A stretch of DNA of 64,000 nt from Lentisphaerota bacterium (GTDB lineage: Bacteria; Verrucomicrobiota; Kiritimatiellia; UBA8416; JAIOPI01): contig JAIOPI010000013.1 of the NCBI GenBank assembly GCA_021413965.1, positions 34,719 through 98,718 of the forward strand, written 5' to 3'. A model generated the notes under the pieces. The model was given only the letters and a program-made list of their open reading frames with translations. It was not told where the DNA came from and did not search any database. The position numbers and the translations under genes were made by a program. The number at the start of each line of letters is the position of its first letter. Positions within the stretch are counted from its first letter, which is position 1. Positions 37,853-46,780 of this stretch are shown piece by piece.

Positions 37853-38935
37853 TCACGACGGCCCGCCCGTCGCCACCTTTCGACGGTAGTGTTCGACTTC
37901 CCAGGATTCGATGAAGGCGCGCGCGCGCGCGTCCATATAGCACGGCCCGCCAAACGCCGAGGCCAAATGCTCCACCAGCGCCGCATCGCGCGCAAAGGCC
38001 AGCGCGAGCAGGGCCGCGGACGACGTGGCCCCGATGCCGTACACGGCACCATGCCCTTCGACCACGCGCGGATACGCCCCGTGCGCCGCCCGGAACGCCT
38101 TGAGGCTGCCGCGGGCGAGGTCGCCCCGGCACGCAAACGAACCGGCGTAGACGACGTGGTCTGGCGTCAACGGTCCGCGAAACAGGGGAAACGCGCCACT
38201 GACGGCCACGGCCGCCGGCGCTTCCGCGCCCATGGCAGCCGCCAGCGCCCGCCGCCCGTCTTCACCTGCCCCCGCCGGGGGCGGGTTCACCTGCAGGGCC
38301 AGGGACACCCCCGCCTGACGGTAGAACGCCTCCAGCTTTGCCATCACGTCCGCGTACGCATGCCGGATCGCATCGGGCGTGTCGGCGCTGATGAAGATGC
38401 CGTGATTCTGCAACATGACGCAGGCGGGCGCATGACCCTCGCGGCGCACGTGCTGGGCGAGCGCCTCACGAACCTGATTGCACAAGGTGTACCCCGGATC
38501 GACGTACTCGACCCACAGCGCGCCAGGAAACAGGCGCGCACAGGCCGCGGCGCCATCGTGACCACAGGTGAGCCCGTTCACCAGGGACGGGTGGGTATGA
38601 ACAACGAATCGCCCGGGCAGGATGTGATGAAGGGGGGCTTCCACGGATGGCCGCCCCAGGCTGCCCGGGGCCACGGCCTGCTCCATCATCGTCTTCACCG
38701 CGGATTCGCGCGCGTGAGTTTCCGACGGCAGATCAGCCGCAAAGAGCCGGTCAATCCCGGCGCGCGACAGGCAGACAAATCGGTCCGGGGCCATGTCGCT
38801 CAGCGTGGCGCCCGAAGGTTTCACCCACAGGACGTCGCCTTCCTTGACCGATGTGTTGCCCCCGCCGCCGAGCACGTAGCGTTCGATGCCGAACTCGTGG
38901 GACAGGTCTGTCAGCATCTTGCGCGCATCGTGCAT
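37853..38935 (-). CDS. Class II aldolase/adducin-domain protein resembling the aldolase half of RhaEW-type rhamnulose-1-phosphate aldolase
   Basis: From ATG 38935 (GGAGG upstream): [25 protein letters not shown]...[11 protein letters not shown]...VVHTHP. 360 aa with no short-chain dehydrogenase domain attached. Confidence 0.75.
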   Translation of the reverse strand: MHDARKMLTDLSHEFGIERYVLGGGGNTSVKEGDVLWVKPSGATLSDMAPDRFVCLSRAGIDRLFAADLPSETHARESAVKTMMEQAVAPGSLGRPSVEAPLHHILPGRFVVHTHPSLVNGLTCGHDGAAACARLFPGALWVEYVDPGYTLCNQVREALAQHVRREGHAPACVMLQNHGIFISADTPDAIRHAYADVMAKLEAFYRQAGVSLALQVNPPPAGAGEDGRRALAAAMGAEAPAAVAVSGAFPLFRGPLTPDHVVYAGSFACRGDLARGSLKAFRAAHGAYPRVVEGHGAVYGIGATSSAALLALAFARDAALVEHLASAFGGPCYMDARARAFIESWEVEHYRRKVATGGPS

Positions 38936-39112
38936 CCATTCCTCCGAGGCCGGGTCGCTGGCCAAATGAAATCTTGCCGAGTTTGCCAGCCTTGGCAAGT
39001 GCGATCCGCCCCCCTCGGCGCCGTTTGAGTCACAACGCGAACGGCGCGGATCGGACGCTTTGCCCTTGTTCAGACCGTCGCACCCCACTACCATCAGCCC
39101 GTAGGAATTGCC

Positions 39113-39364
39113 ATGCAGCAGTGGGAATATACAACGCTTACCCTTCGCATCGCCCCCGGGCAGGGCAAGGTCCCGGGTTTCTTCAACCGCTCTCAAACCG
39201 TCCGGAATATTGCAGAGGACAGCGAGCGTGACTTGAATAAGCTCGGGGCCATGGGTTGGGAACTGGTCAACGTCCTCATGCTCGAGTATGGCGCCATGGA
39301 CGTCGGGCCGACCTACGCCTGCGCCATCCTCAAGCGCCCCGCCGACGCGGCATCGGAAAGCTGA
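39113..39364 (+). CDS. DUF4177-like small protein
   Basis: MQQWEYTTLTL...LNKLGAMGWELVNV matches the DUF4177 pattern. Confidence 0.65.
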   Translation: MQQWEYTTLTLRIAPGQGKVPGFFNRSQTVRNIAEDSERDLNKLGAMGWELVNVLMLEYGAMDVGPTYACAILKRPADAASES

Positions 39365-39400
39365 CGGGTGCCCCGCCTGCCTGCGCGCGATCGGGGTCCG

Positions 39401-40204
39401 CTACGCGGAAGCGCCCGCCGCCCGCGCGCTTTGCTGGCGCACGACTTCGTACATGGCCACGGCACCCGCCACGCTGACGTTGAGCGACTGAACCTTGCCC
39501 AGCAACGGAATGCGAATCAGGAAATCGCAGGTCTCACGCACGAGCCGTCCCAGCCCTTCCCCCTCGCCGCCGAGCACCAGGCCCACCGCCCCGTCAAACT
39601 TTTCCGCAGTGTACAGCTTCGCCTCTGGCAGCGCTTCCAACCCGTAGAACCACACGTTTTCCTTCTGTAGCGTCTGCATGGCCCGCACCAGATTGGTGAC
39701 CCGGCACACCGTGACATGCTCCGAGGCCCCCGCCGATGTACGAACCACCGTATCGGTCACATGAACGGCCCGGTCGGCGGGAATCAGCACGCCGCAGGCC
39801 CCTACGGCATCTGCCGTACGCAGCAGCGCGCCCAGGTTGTGCGGGTCCATGAGATGATCCAGCGCGATCCACAGCTGTTGCTTGCGCCCGGACACCGTGC
39901 GCATGGCGACGTCCAGCTCAACATACGGATACGGACCGGCCTCCAGCAGGACGCCCTGATGGTGACCGCCCTGCGTCAGCCGATCGAGATTGTGCCGGTC
40001 CGTGCTGACCATCTCCACGCCCGCCGCACGCGCTCCGCCCTGGATGTCCTCAAGCTCGGGGGATTGGCGCAGCGTGTCCTGGATCATGAGCCGCATGAGC
40101 CGCCGGCGCCGGGCCCGCAGAACTTCTAGCACCGGCTGGCGCCCGAACACCTGCGACGGCTCGGCGGTGCGAAAGGTCGGCGACTGGGGCTGGCGAGGTT
40201 TCAT
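39401..40204 (-). CDS. rlmB: 23S rRNA (guanosine-2'-O)-methyltransferase, SpoU/TrmH family (RlmB-like)
   Basis: N-terminal substrate-binding domain (GRQPVLEVL) and SpoU motifs (LDHLMDPHNLGALLRTADAVG, LVLGGEGEGL, IPLLGKVQSLNVSVA). Confidence 0.85.
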   Translation of the reverse strand: MKPRQPQSPTFRTAEPSQVFGRQPVLEVLRARRRRLMRLMIQDTLRQSPELEDIQGGARAAGVEMVSTDRHNLDRLTQGGHHQGVLLEAGPYPYVELDVAMRTVSGRKQQLWIALDHLMDPHNLGALLRTADAVGACGVLIPADRAVHVTDTVVRTSAGASEHVTVCRVTNLVRAMQTLQKENVWFYGLEALPEAKLYTAEKFDGAVGLVLGGEGEGLGRLVRETCDFLIRIPLLGKVQSLNVSVAGAVAMYEVVRQQSARAAGASA

Positions 40205-41589
40205 AGGTCCTGCTCCGGAGAAGGCAGCGACTCATAGTCTGGCTCTCCCGTTTCCGGCCCGGCGTCCGGCCCCGCCCGCTCGCCATCCGGACGGCCACGA
40301 CCACGCCGCCAACGCGGGCGCCCCCCTCGCCGCCCCTCATGCGGCTGGTCGTGCGGCTGGTCCCGCAGCGCCTCGGCCCGCAAGGCGATCCAAGGGTCCA
40401 GGGTGGTCAGGTCGCCGCCGGTGGCCTGCAAATGGATGCGGCGCAGCGCAATCATGTCTCCGAAAATCTCGTGCCCCGCAAAGCGCCGGGAAAAGCGCTT
40501 GCCCGGCCCTTCGAAGCGCCGCTGCCCGTCCAGCAATTGGATCGTCCGGTAGAACACGCGCTTGGGCATGCGATAGCGCATGGCCACCGGCTCAAATAGC
40601 GCACGCGCCATCGCGGGGTGACGGACCACATCGTCCTGGCGCTGTTCGGCACGCAACACGTCAAGGAACGGGGCGTAGAACATGGTGGCGAACAGGAGCG
40701 CAGGATCGGGCTGGCCGCTGCCCTCCAGCACGCCGCGGTCGATGCCCGCCAGGTGCTTCCAGAACATCGCCACCTCGTGCCCGGCGCTGTCGAGAAACGA
40801 GTCGAGCTCAGGGAACAGCACCGCCAGCAGACGCGTACGACGCAACTGGCGAAAGGCCGCCTCGCCCGAACCGAACGGAAACAGCTTGTACACTTCCTCC
40901 AGCAGGCGCGGCGGCGCCGCCAGGCCGATCTGCTCGTGATGCCGGATGATGGCGGCATACGTCTCGCGCTCGATGTGGAATCCCAGGCGCGCCGCAAAGC
41001 GAACCGCCCGCACCATGCGCACCGGATCCTCCTGAAACCGCTCATCCGGGTTGCCGATCGTTCGGATCAGGCGCGCCTCCAGGTCGTTCAGCCCGCCCAC
41101 ATGGTCGATGATGGCGTAGGTGCGGATATCGTAGAAGAGCGCGTTGATCGTGAAGTCCCGGCGCCAGGCATCCTCTTCCGGCGTGCCGAACGTGTTGTCG
41201 CTGTCCTGGTAGAGGCTGTCAGGCTCGGTCGGCTCGGTCCCCTCGGGCACGGGAGCCTCCTCGGGCTGGCGGCGAAAGGTGCTGACCTCGATCACTTTCG
41301 CCCCGAAGCGGACGTGCACAAGGCGGAAGCGCCTCCCGATGAGAAACGAATTGCGGAACAGCTTCCGGATCTGGCGCGGATGCGCGTTGGTGGCGACGTC
41401 AAAATCCTTGGGCTGCCGGCCGAGCAACAAGTCGCGCACGCCCCCGCCGACGAGGTAAGCGATGAAGCCATTGCGCATCAGGCGGTACAACACCTTCAGC
41501 GCGTCCTCGTCCATGTGCTTGCGGGAGACGTTGTGTTCCCCCCGCTCGCGAACCACGCGAACCGCATCCACCGGATCCGGAGGTGTCAT
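40201..41589 (-). CDS. pcnB: Poly(A) polymerase I / tRNA nucleotidyltransferase family protein
   Basis: YLVGGGVRDLLLGRQPKDFDVATNA...RFRLVHVRF pattern and a basic C-terminal tail. The ATG at 41589 overlaps the upstream stop (TGATG). Confidence 0.8.
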   Translation of the reverse strand: MTPPDPVDAVRVVRERGEHNVSRKHMDEDALKVLYRLMRNGFIAYLVGGGVRDLLLGRQPKDFDVATNAHPRQIRKLFRNSFLIGRRFRLVHVRFGAKVIEVSTFRRQPEEAPVPEGTEPTEPDSLYQDSDNTFGTPEEDAWRRDFTINALFYDIRTYAIIDHVGGLNDLEARLIRTIGNPDERFQEDPVRMVRAVRFAARLGFHIERETYAAIIRHHEQIGLAAPPRLLEEVYKLFPFGSGEAAFRQLRRTRLLAVLFPELDSFLDSAGHEVAMFWKHLAGIDRGVLEGSGQPDPALLFATMFYAPFLDVLRAEQRQDDVVRHPAMARALFEPVAMRYRMPKRVFYRTIQLLDGQRRFEGPGKRFSRRFAGHEIFGDMIALRRIHLQATGGDLTTLDPWIALRAEALRDQPHDQPHEGRRGGRPRWRRGRGRPDGERAGPDAGPETGEPDYESLPSPEQDL

Positions 41590-42608
41590 CAGATCTCCCG
41601 CCCGACAGCGGCCGCCACCTTGCGGGCCTTCTCCATCAGGCGCGCAAAACGCTCCGGCGTCAGGGACTGCGACCCATCGGACCACGCCTCGTGAGGATTC
41701 GGATGCACCTCGATCATGAGCCCGTCCGCGCCGGCCGCAATCGCCGCCAGCGCCATATCCTCCACGTACTCCCAGTGCCCCGTGCCGTGGCTCGGATCCA
41801 CCACGACCGGCAGGTGCGTTTCATGCTTGAGGACGGGGATGGCGTTCAAATCGAGCGTGTTGCGCGTGGCCGTCTCGAACGTGCGGATGCCACGCTCGCA
41901 GAGAATCACCTGCATGTTGCCCTGCGCCATGATGTACTCGGCCGACATGAGCCACTCGCTCACGGTGTTCGCCAGACCGCGCTTGAGCAGGATGGGCTTG
42001 CGCAGTTGCCCGACGGATTTCAGCAGATCGAAGTTCTGCATGTTGCGCGCGCCGATCTGCAGGATGTCGGAGTACTGGCCAACCAGTTCCACCGCGCTCT
42101 CTTTCATGACCTCGGTGTCCACCAGCAGCCCGGTGCGGTTGCGCGCCTCGGCCAGCATCTTCAGCCCTTCCTCAGCCAGGCCCTGGAAACTGTATGGCGA
42201 GGTGCGCGGCTTGTAGGCGCCGCCACGCAACACCGTGGCCCCGGCATCCTTGACCACCTGCGCCGACAGGCAAATCTGGTCCAGCCCCTCGACGCTGCAC
42301 GGCCCCGCGATGACCGGAATTTTTTTGCCCCCGAACACAACTCCGCGCCCCGCGTCAATGTGGGTCTTGTCCTTGCGCAGCTCCCGGCCCGCCAGTTTGT
42401 AGGGCTTTAGAATCGGGATGACCTGCTCGACGCCCGGCAGCGTATCCAAGGCCTGCAACCGCGCCTTGCCGCGCTCGTCGCCAATGGCTCCAATGACCGT
42501 GCGCTCGACACCGTAAATCGGATGCGGCTGGTAGCCCATCTGCACGATTTCGCGCTCGACGTCCCCGATTTCCTGCTTCGATGCCCCGCGCTGCATGACC
42601 ACCAACAT
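41589..42608 (-). CDS. 3-deoxy-7-phosphoheptulonate (DAHP) synthase, type I-beta with an N-terminal ferredoxin-like regulatory domain
   Basis: From ATG 42608 (GGAGG upstream): [14 protein letters not shown]... regulatory domain, then [24 protein letters not shown] and DPSHG motifs. Confidence 0.9.
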   Translation of the reverse strand: MLVVMQRGASKQEIGDVEREIVQMGYQPHPIYGVERTVIGAIGDERGKARLQALDTLPGVEQVIPILKPYKLAGRELRKDKTHIDAGRGVVFGGKKIPVIAGPCSVEGLDQICLSAQVVKDAGATVLRGGAYKPRTSPYSFQGLAEEGLKMLAEARNRTGLLVDTEVMKESAVELVGQYSDILQIGARNMQNFDLLKSVGQLRKPILLKRGLANTVSEWLMSAEYIMAQGNMQVILCERGIRTFETATRNTLDLNAIPVLKHETHLPVVVDPSHGTGHWEYVEDMALAAIAAGADGLMIEVHPNPHEAWSDGSQSLTPERFARLMEKARKVAAAVGREI

Positions 42609-42714
42609 AGTAGATCCTCCTGCTCGCCGGTTTTCGGCCGGTCCCCGCCCCCACAAGACAAACGGGTATCATACCCTTGCTGGCCAACGGATTACAAGCT
42701 TGTACGCCAGGGGC

Positions 42715-44730
42715 CTAGGGCGGTTGGACAGGGCGCTCCCCGCCCCTGTCTCCGTCAAGGGCGCCGGCCCCTTGCAGGGCCGCCAGGCGCGCGGCCGCTT
42801 CCGCATAGCCTGGCGCCACGGCCACCACGTGCTGAAAGGCCGCCACGGCTTCGGCTGTGCGTCCCTGCTGGCTCAGGGTGATGCCCAGGTTGTAATACGC
42901 CTCGAGGCTGTCCGGGCAGCGTCGGATAGTCTCACGGAATTCGCGCTCCGCCCCGGCCGCGTCGCCGCAGGCGCCCAGGGCCACGCCCAGATTGTTGCGG
43001 GCATCGGAGAACTCAGGATCGAGCCGCAGGGACGCACGATACTGCGCCACGGCGGCATCACGGTCCCCGACCTCCGCCAAGGCGTTGCCGAGATTGTTGA
43101 AGGCTTCGGGCCGCTGCGGATCCAGGGCGATAGCCTCCCGCAGAATCAGCGCCGCCTCGGCCGGCCGCCCCTGCGCCAGCAGGCACGCCCCAAAATTGGT
43201 GAGGGTGCGCGCATCCCGGGGGGCATACTGCAGGGCCGCTCGAAACTGAACCTCCGCCTCCGCATAGCGCCCCAGCCTGGTCAGCAGGTTTCCCAGGTTG
43301 TAGCGCGCCACGACATAGTCGGGAACAAGCTGGATGGCCGCGTGGTAGTGCGCGATGGCCTGATCCACTCGCCCCGCATGCTCACAGGCAAAGGCCAGGT
43401 TGTTGTGTGCCAGCCAGTTCCCGCGCGTGACCCGCAGCGCCTGTTCAAATAGCGGGATGCTTCCCGACCACGCGGCCAGTGTGAGGCGTGTCACACACAC
43501 AGCCGCAACCAGCACGAGGATCACGACGGTCGCGCCGCAGTAGGTCGCCAACTGGCGGACATGCGGAGCGGCACGCCGCCACGCCCGGTCCCAGCCTTCG
43601 CGCACCAGCAGCGCAACCGCCAGCGTGAGCCCGATGCTGGGCAGGTACGTGTACCGGTCCGCCATCGCCTGGTTGCCCACCTGCACAAGGCCAATCACCG
43701 GCGCCACGGTCACGCCATACCACATCCACCCCATGAGCAGGTAAGGGCGATGTCGGCGCTGCAGCCACACCAGGGTCGTGATGGCCAGCAGCAGGGCCAG
43801 GGCGGCAGCCATCTCGAAGCCGCCGACGTGACGGCGAAACGGATAGAAGACCGCCAGCGGGTGCGGCCAGATGAGCTTGCCGATGTAGGCCACACTCGAC
43901 ATCAGGGCATTGTCCAGTCGCAACAGAAACGGCACATGCTGCAGGGAGCGCACGGCGCCGGCCGTCCACTGCGCGTGAACTGTCAGCACCACCGAACCGG
44001 CCGACAGGAACCAGAACGGCCATTTCTCAACCAACGCCCGCCGGACGCTTCCGGCCTCACGCCCGAGCCGACCGAGCGGCCAGAAATCGAGCAGGATGAG
44101 CAACGCCGGCAAGGTCACCAGCATGGGCTTGGACAGCAGCGCCAGGGCAAAAGCCAGGACCGCCGCACCGTACCAGCCCCAACGGCCATGGGGGGGGGCA
44201 GAGCCCGCCGCCTGACCCTCATGACGGGCAGCCCCCCGGCCCCGAACGCCGGCAAACTCCAGATAGGCCCCGATCGCCAGCAGGCCAAAGCAGGTGCTGA
44301 GCACATCCTTGCGCTCGGAGATCCAGGCCACCGATTCCACGTGCGCCGGATGCACCGCGAACAGCGCGGCGACAAACCCGCTGGTCCAAAACGCCCCGGT
44401 GCAGGTGGCCAACACCAGAAAAAGCAGAGCGGCGTTCGCGCCATGCCAGGCCACACTGGTCATGTGATGCCCTCCCGCCCTCAGTCCGAACGCGTCACAG
44501 TCCAGCATGTGGGACACCCACGTCAGCGGATGCCAATTGGCCGCGTGGAAGGCCGTGAATGCCCAGCGGAGCCCCTGGCCGGTGAGCCCGGCCGACACGT
44601 TCGCATTTTCATAGACGTAGAGGTCGTCATCATAGTTGACGAAATCGAATTGGCGCACCGGCCAGTAAACGATCAGCACCAGCAGAAACAGCGCGCCGGC
44701 GAGAAGGAGGTGGCGGAACCGCAATGGCAT
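42715..44730 (-). CDS. TMTC/PMT-like polytopic membrane protein with a C-terminal TPR array (putative protein O-glycosyltransferase)
   Basis: From ATG 44730: FDFVNYDDDLYVYEN...ANWHPLTWVSHMLD N-terminal pattern, more than 8 TM segments, then about 8 TPR repeats (AIAHYHAAIQLVPDY...). Contains a C9 run in the coding strand (44190..44198). Confidence 0.7.
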   Translation of the reverse strand: MPLRFRHLLLAGALFLLVLIVYWPVRQFDFVNYDDDLYVYENANVSAGLTGQGLRWAFTAFHAANWHPLTWVSHMLDCDAFGLRAGGHHMTSVAWHGANAALLFLVLATCTGAFWTSGFVAALFAVHPAHVESVAWISERKDVLSTCFGLLAIGAYLEFAGVRGRGAARHEGQAAGSAPPHGRWGWYGAAVLAFALALLSKPMLVTLPALLILLDFWPLGRLGREAGSVRRALVEKWPFWFLSAGSVVLTVHAQWTAGAVRSLQHVPFLLRLDNALMSSVAYIGKLIWPHPLAVFYPFRRHVGGFEMAAALALLLAITTLVWLQRRHRPYLLMGWMWYGVTVAPVIGLVQVGNQAMADRYTYLPSIGLTLAVALLVREGWDRAWRRAAPHVRQLATYCGATVVILVLVAAVCVTRLTLAAWSGSIPLFEQALRVTRGNWLAHNNLAFACEHAGRVDQAIAHYHAAIQLVPDYVVARYNLGNLLTRLGRYAEAEVQFRAALQYAPRDARTLTNFGACLLAQGRPAEAALILREAIALDPQRPEAFNNLGNALAEVGDRDAAVAQYRASLRLDPEFSDARNNLGVALGACGDAAGAEREFRETIRRCPDSLEAYYNLGITLSQQGRTAEAVAAFQHVVAVAPGYAEAAARLAALQGAGALDGDRGGERPVQPP

Positions 44731-44783
44731 GCGTTCACGGTACCCGCGTCGCACGGCAGGGTCAAGGCGTGCAGCGCGCTCGC

Positions 44784-45764
44784 TCACTCGTCCAGGTGCG
44801 ATTCGACAAAAGCGCCAATGGCCTTCGCGGCCAACGCATGTGCCCGCAGGTTCGGATGCGCATCGTACTTGCCGATCACGAGATCGCGCGGCGGCATCCC
44901 GGTGTACGTGTTCAGCAAATCGAGATGCGGAACCCCGAGATCCTTCCAGAAGGCGTCCAATTTGCGGTGGACATCCGCATAGGGATATTCCGGCCCCAGG
45001 GCATGAAGGAAAGGAAAGGTCACCACCATCAGCCGCACGTGGTTCGCGGCACAGAAGTCCTGCAAACTCTGCAGCCGCCGGCACTGCTGTTCCCAGGCCG
45101 GGCCATCGTATGCCTCGCGCACGAAGCGGTAATAATCCCGTACGTCAGGATCGCGCGCCGCCTTGAGGCGATAGTAGAGCACGTTGACGAAGTAGCTGTG
45201 CCGCACGAGGAAAGGTTCGTGCGTCTGCTCGGCATAGATCCGGTCCTGGATGGTCTGCCACTCCGGCACGAGATCGGCGATATCGTTCAACACGTAAACC
45301 AGCACCACCGCCTCGAGTTGGTACCCGCCCTGCACGAATCCGGCAAAGGCCTCCAGTTCCGCGCCCGTATCGAGTCCGTTGCCGGCAAGCGCATGCACAT
45401 CCCACTGCGGCGTGTGCTGCATGCGAATGCGATTGACGAATCGGTCCGACACCTTCGCGATGCCATGTCCCGCGGTGAAGGAATCGCCCAGGAACGTGAC
45501 GCGGTGCCTCAGCGGTTGCAGCGCCGGGAGATAGTCGATGTCGTCCCGGACTCCCGCGTTGTTGGCCACGTAGTGGCGCTTGAACCAGCGGCGGCACACG
45601 CGCGTCAGTCCAAACGAGTCCGTGCTGTCGAACAGGTAGCGGTAGTAGACTTCACCGCAGCCCCAGACGGCCAGCAGCAGGCTGGCCAGCACGGCCAGGT
45701 TGACCAAGACAAGCCGCCCCCATGGGCGGCGCGCAGAGCCGGAATTGGGCGCACGGTCGGCCAA
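44784..45764 (-). CDS. Membrane-anchored SGNH/GDSL hydrolase
   Basis: N-terminal TM segment, block I FLGDSFTAGHG, block III YVLNDI, and block V DAHPN. Confidence 0.7.
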   Translation of the reverse strand: MADRAPNSGSARRPWGRLVLVNLAVLASLLLAVWGCGEVYYRYLFDSTDSFGLTRVCRRWFKRHYVANNAGVRDDIDYLPALQPLRHRVTFLGDSFTAGHGIAKVSDRFVNRIRMQHTPQWDVHALAGNGLDTGAELEAFAGFVQGGYQLEAVVLVYVLNDIADLVPEWQTIQDRIYAEQTHEPFLVRHSYFVNVLYYRLKAARDPDVRDYYRFVREAYDGPAWEQQCRRLQSLQDFCAANHVRLMVVTFPFLHALGPEYPYADVHRKLDAFWKDLGVPHLDLLNTYTGMPPRDLVIGKYDAHPNLRAHALAAKAIGAFVESHLDE

Positions 45765-45774
45765 CGTCGGGTCC

Positions 45775-46770
45775 TCAGACGGCGGGCACTTCGCAGGGAT
45801 ACGTCAATCCCCACTGCTGCCGCAATCCATCCATCGTCTCCATCAGGGACAGGGTTTCGGCGAGCGGCATGACGGCACTTTCCCGTTTGCCGGCGTGCAG
45901 GCAGTGGCCAACTTCCTCAGCCTCGTAGTTGTATCCGGTTCCCGTGAATGGCAGCGCGTGCCGCTGCGGGTCCTTGCCGGCCAGCGTGACCACCACCTCG
46001 CTCGCGTGCCAGAACTGCGGGATGACCATGCGCCCCTCCGTGCCCTCAATGCGCGCTTCCTGAATCGTATTCGTGCGCACCGCGCTCGACAGCAGCGCCA
46101 GGCGCCCGCGCGGATATCGCAGCACCATCGCCGCCTGCTCATCCACTCCGGTTGATCCGATGTCCGCCACGCCCTTGACGTCAACGGGTGTATCCTGGAA
46201 CACCATCTGGGCCAGCGACAGCGTGTAAATGCCGACATCCAGCAGGCTTCCCCCGGCCAGGGCGGGGTTCAGGAGACGCCCCTCGGGATGGAGTCCCGCC
46301 CGAAAACCGAAATCCGCCGTCACAAGGCGCGGTTCCCCGATCAACCCCTCGGCCAGCCAGCGCCGCACCTGCGTCATCGCGGGCAGAAAGCGCGTCCACA
46401 TCGCCTCCATCAGGAAGGTGCGCGTCTCCCGCGCCGTCTCGATCATCCGCCGCGCCTGGACTGCATTCACCGCGAACGGCTTCTCGCACAGCACGGCCTT
46501 GCCGTGCGACAGGCATAGCTGCGTGTGCTCCGCATGTCCCGTGTGTGGCGACGCCACGTAGATCGCATCAACGTCGGGATCCGCGGCCAACGCCGCATAG
46601 CTGCCATGCCGATGCGGGACCTGGTACTGGTCGGCAAACGTCGCCGCCCGCCCGGCGTCCCGCGACCCCACCGCCATCAACCGCGCGCCCGCCACAGCCT
46701 GAAGCCCCTTGGCGAACTGGTTCGCAATCGATCCCGGCCCGAGAATTCCCCAGCGAATGCCATCCTTCAT
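45775..46770 (-). CDS. Gfo/Idh/MocA family oxidoreductase
   Basis: IRWGILGPGSIANQF Rossmann N-terminus and a CEKP motif. Confidence 0.85.
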   Translation of the reverse strand: MKDGIRWGILGPGSIANQFAKGLQAVAGARLMAVGSRDAGRAATFADQYQVPHRHGSYAALAADPDVDAIYVASPHTGHAEHTQLCLSHGKAVLCEKPFAVNAVQARRMIETARETRTFLMEAMWTRFLPAMTQVRRWLAEGLIGEPRLVTADFGFRAGLHPEGRLLNPALAGGSLLDVGIYTLSLAQMVFQDTPVDVKGVADIGSTGVDEQAAMVLRYPRGRLALLSSAVRTNTIQEARIEGTEGRMVIPQFWHASEVVVTLAGKDPQRHALPFTGTGYNYEAEEVGHCLHAGKRESAVMPLAETLSLMETMDGLRQQWGLTYPCEVPAV

Positions 46771-46780
46771 CGTGCGCCCT

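Noticed and set aside
37768-38136. N-terminal extensions of the track ORFs for rhaA (to 38136) and the aldolase (to 39196). The same applies to recA, ssb, rpsR, the TMTC-like gene and pcnB
   Set aside because: Family homology starts at internal ATGs that have an SD or stop-start overlaps. The extensions overlap upstream genes and are low-complexity.
38983-38999. Sigma54 (-24/-12) promoter reading of TGGCAAACTCGGCAAG
   Set aside because: The GG-to-GC spacing is 2 nt shorter than the consensus TGGCAC-N5-TTGC, and no TTGC element is correctly placed.
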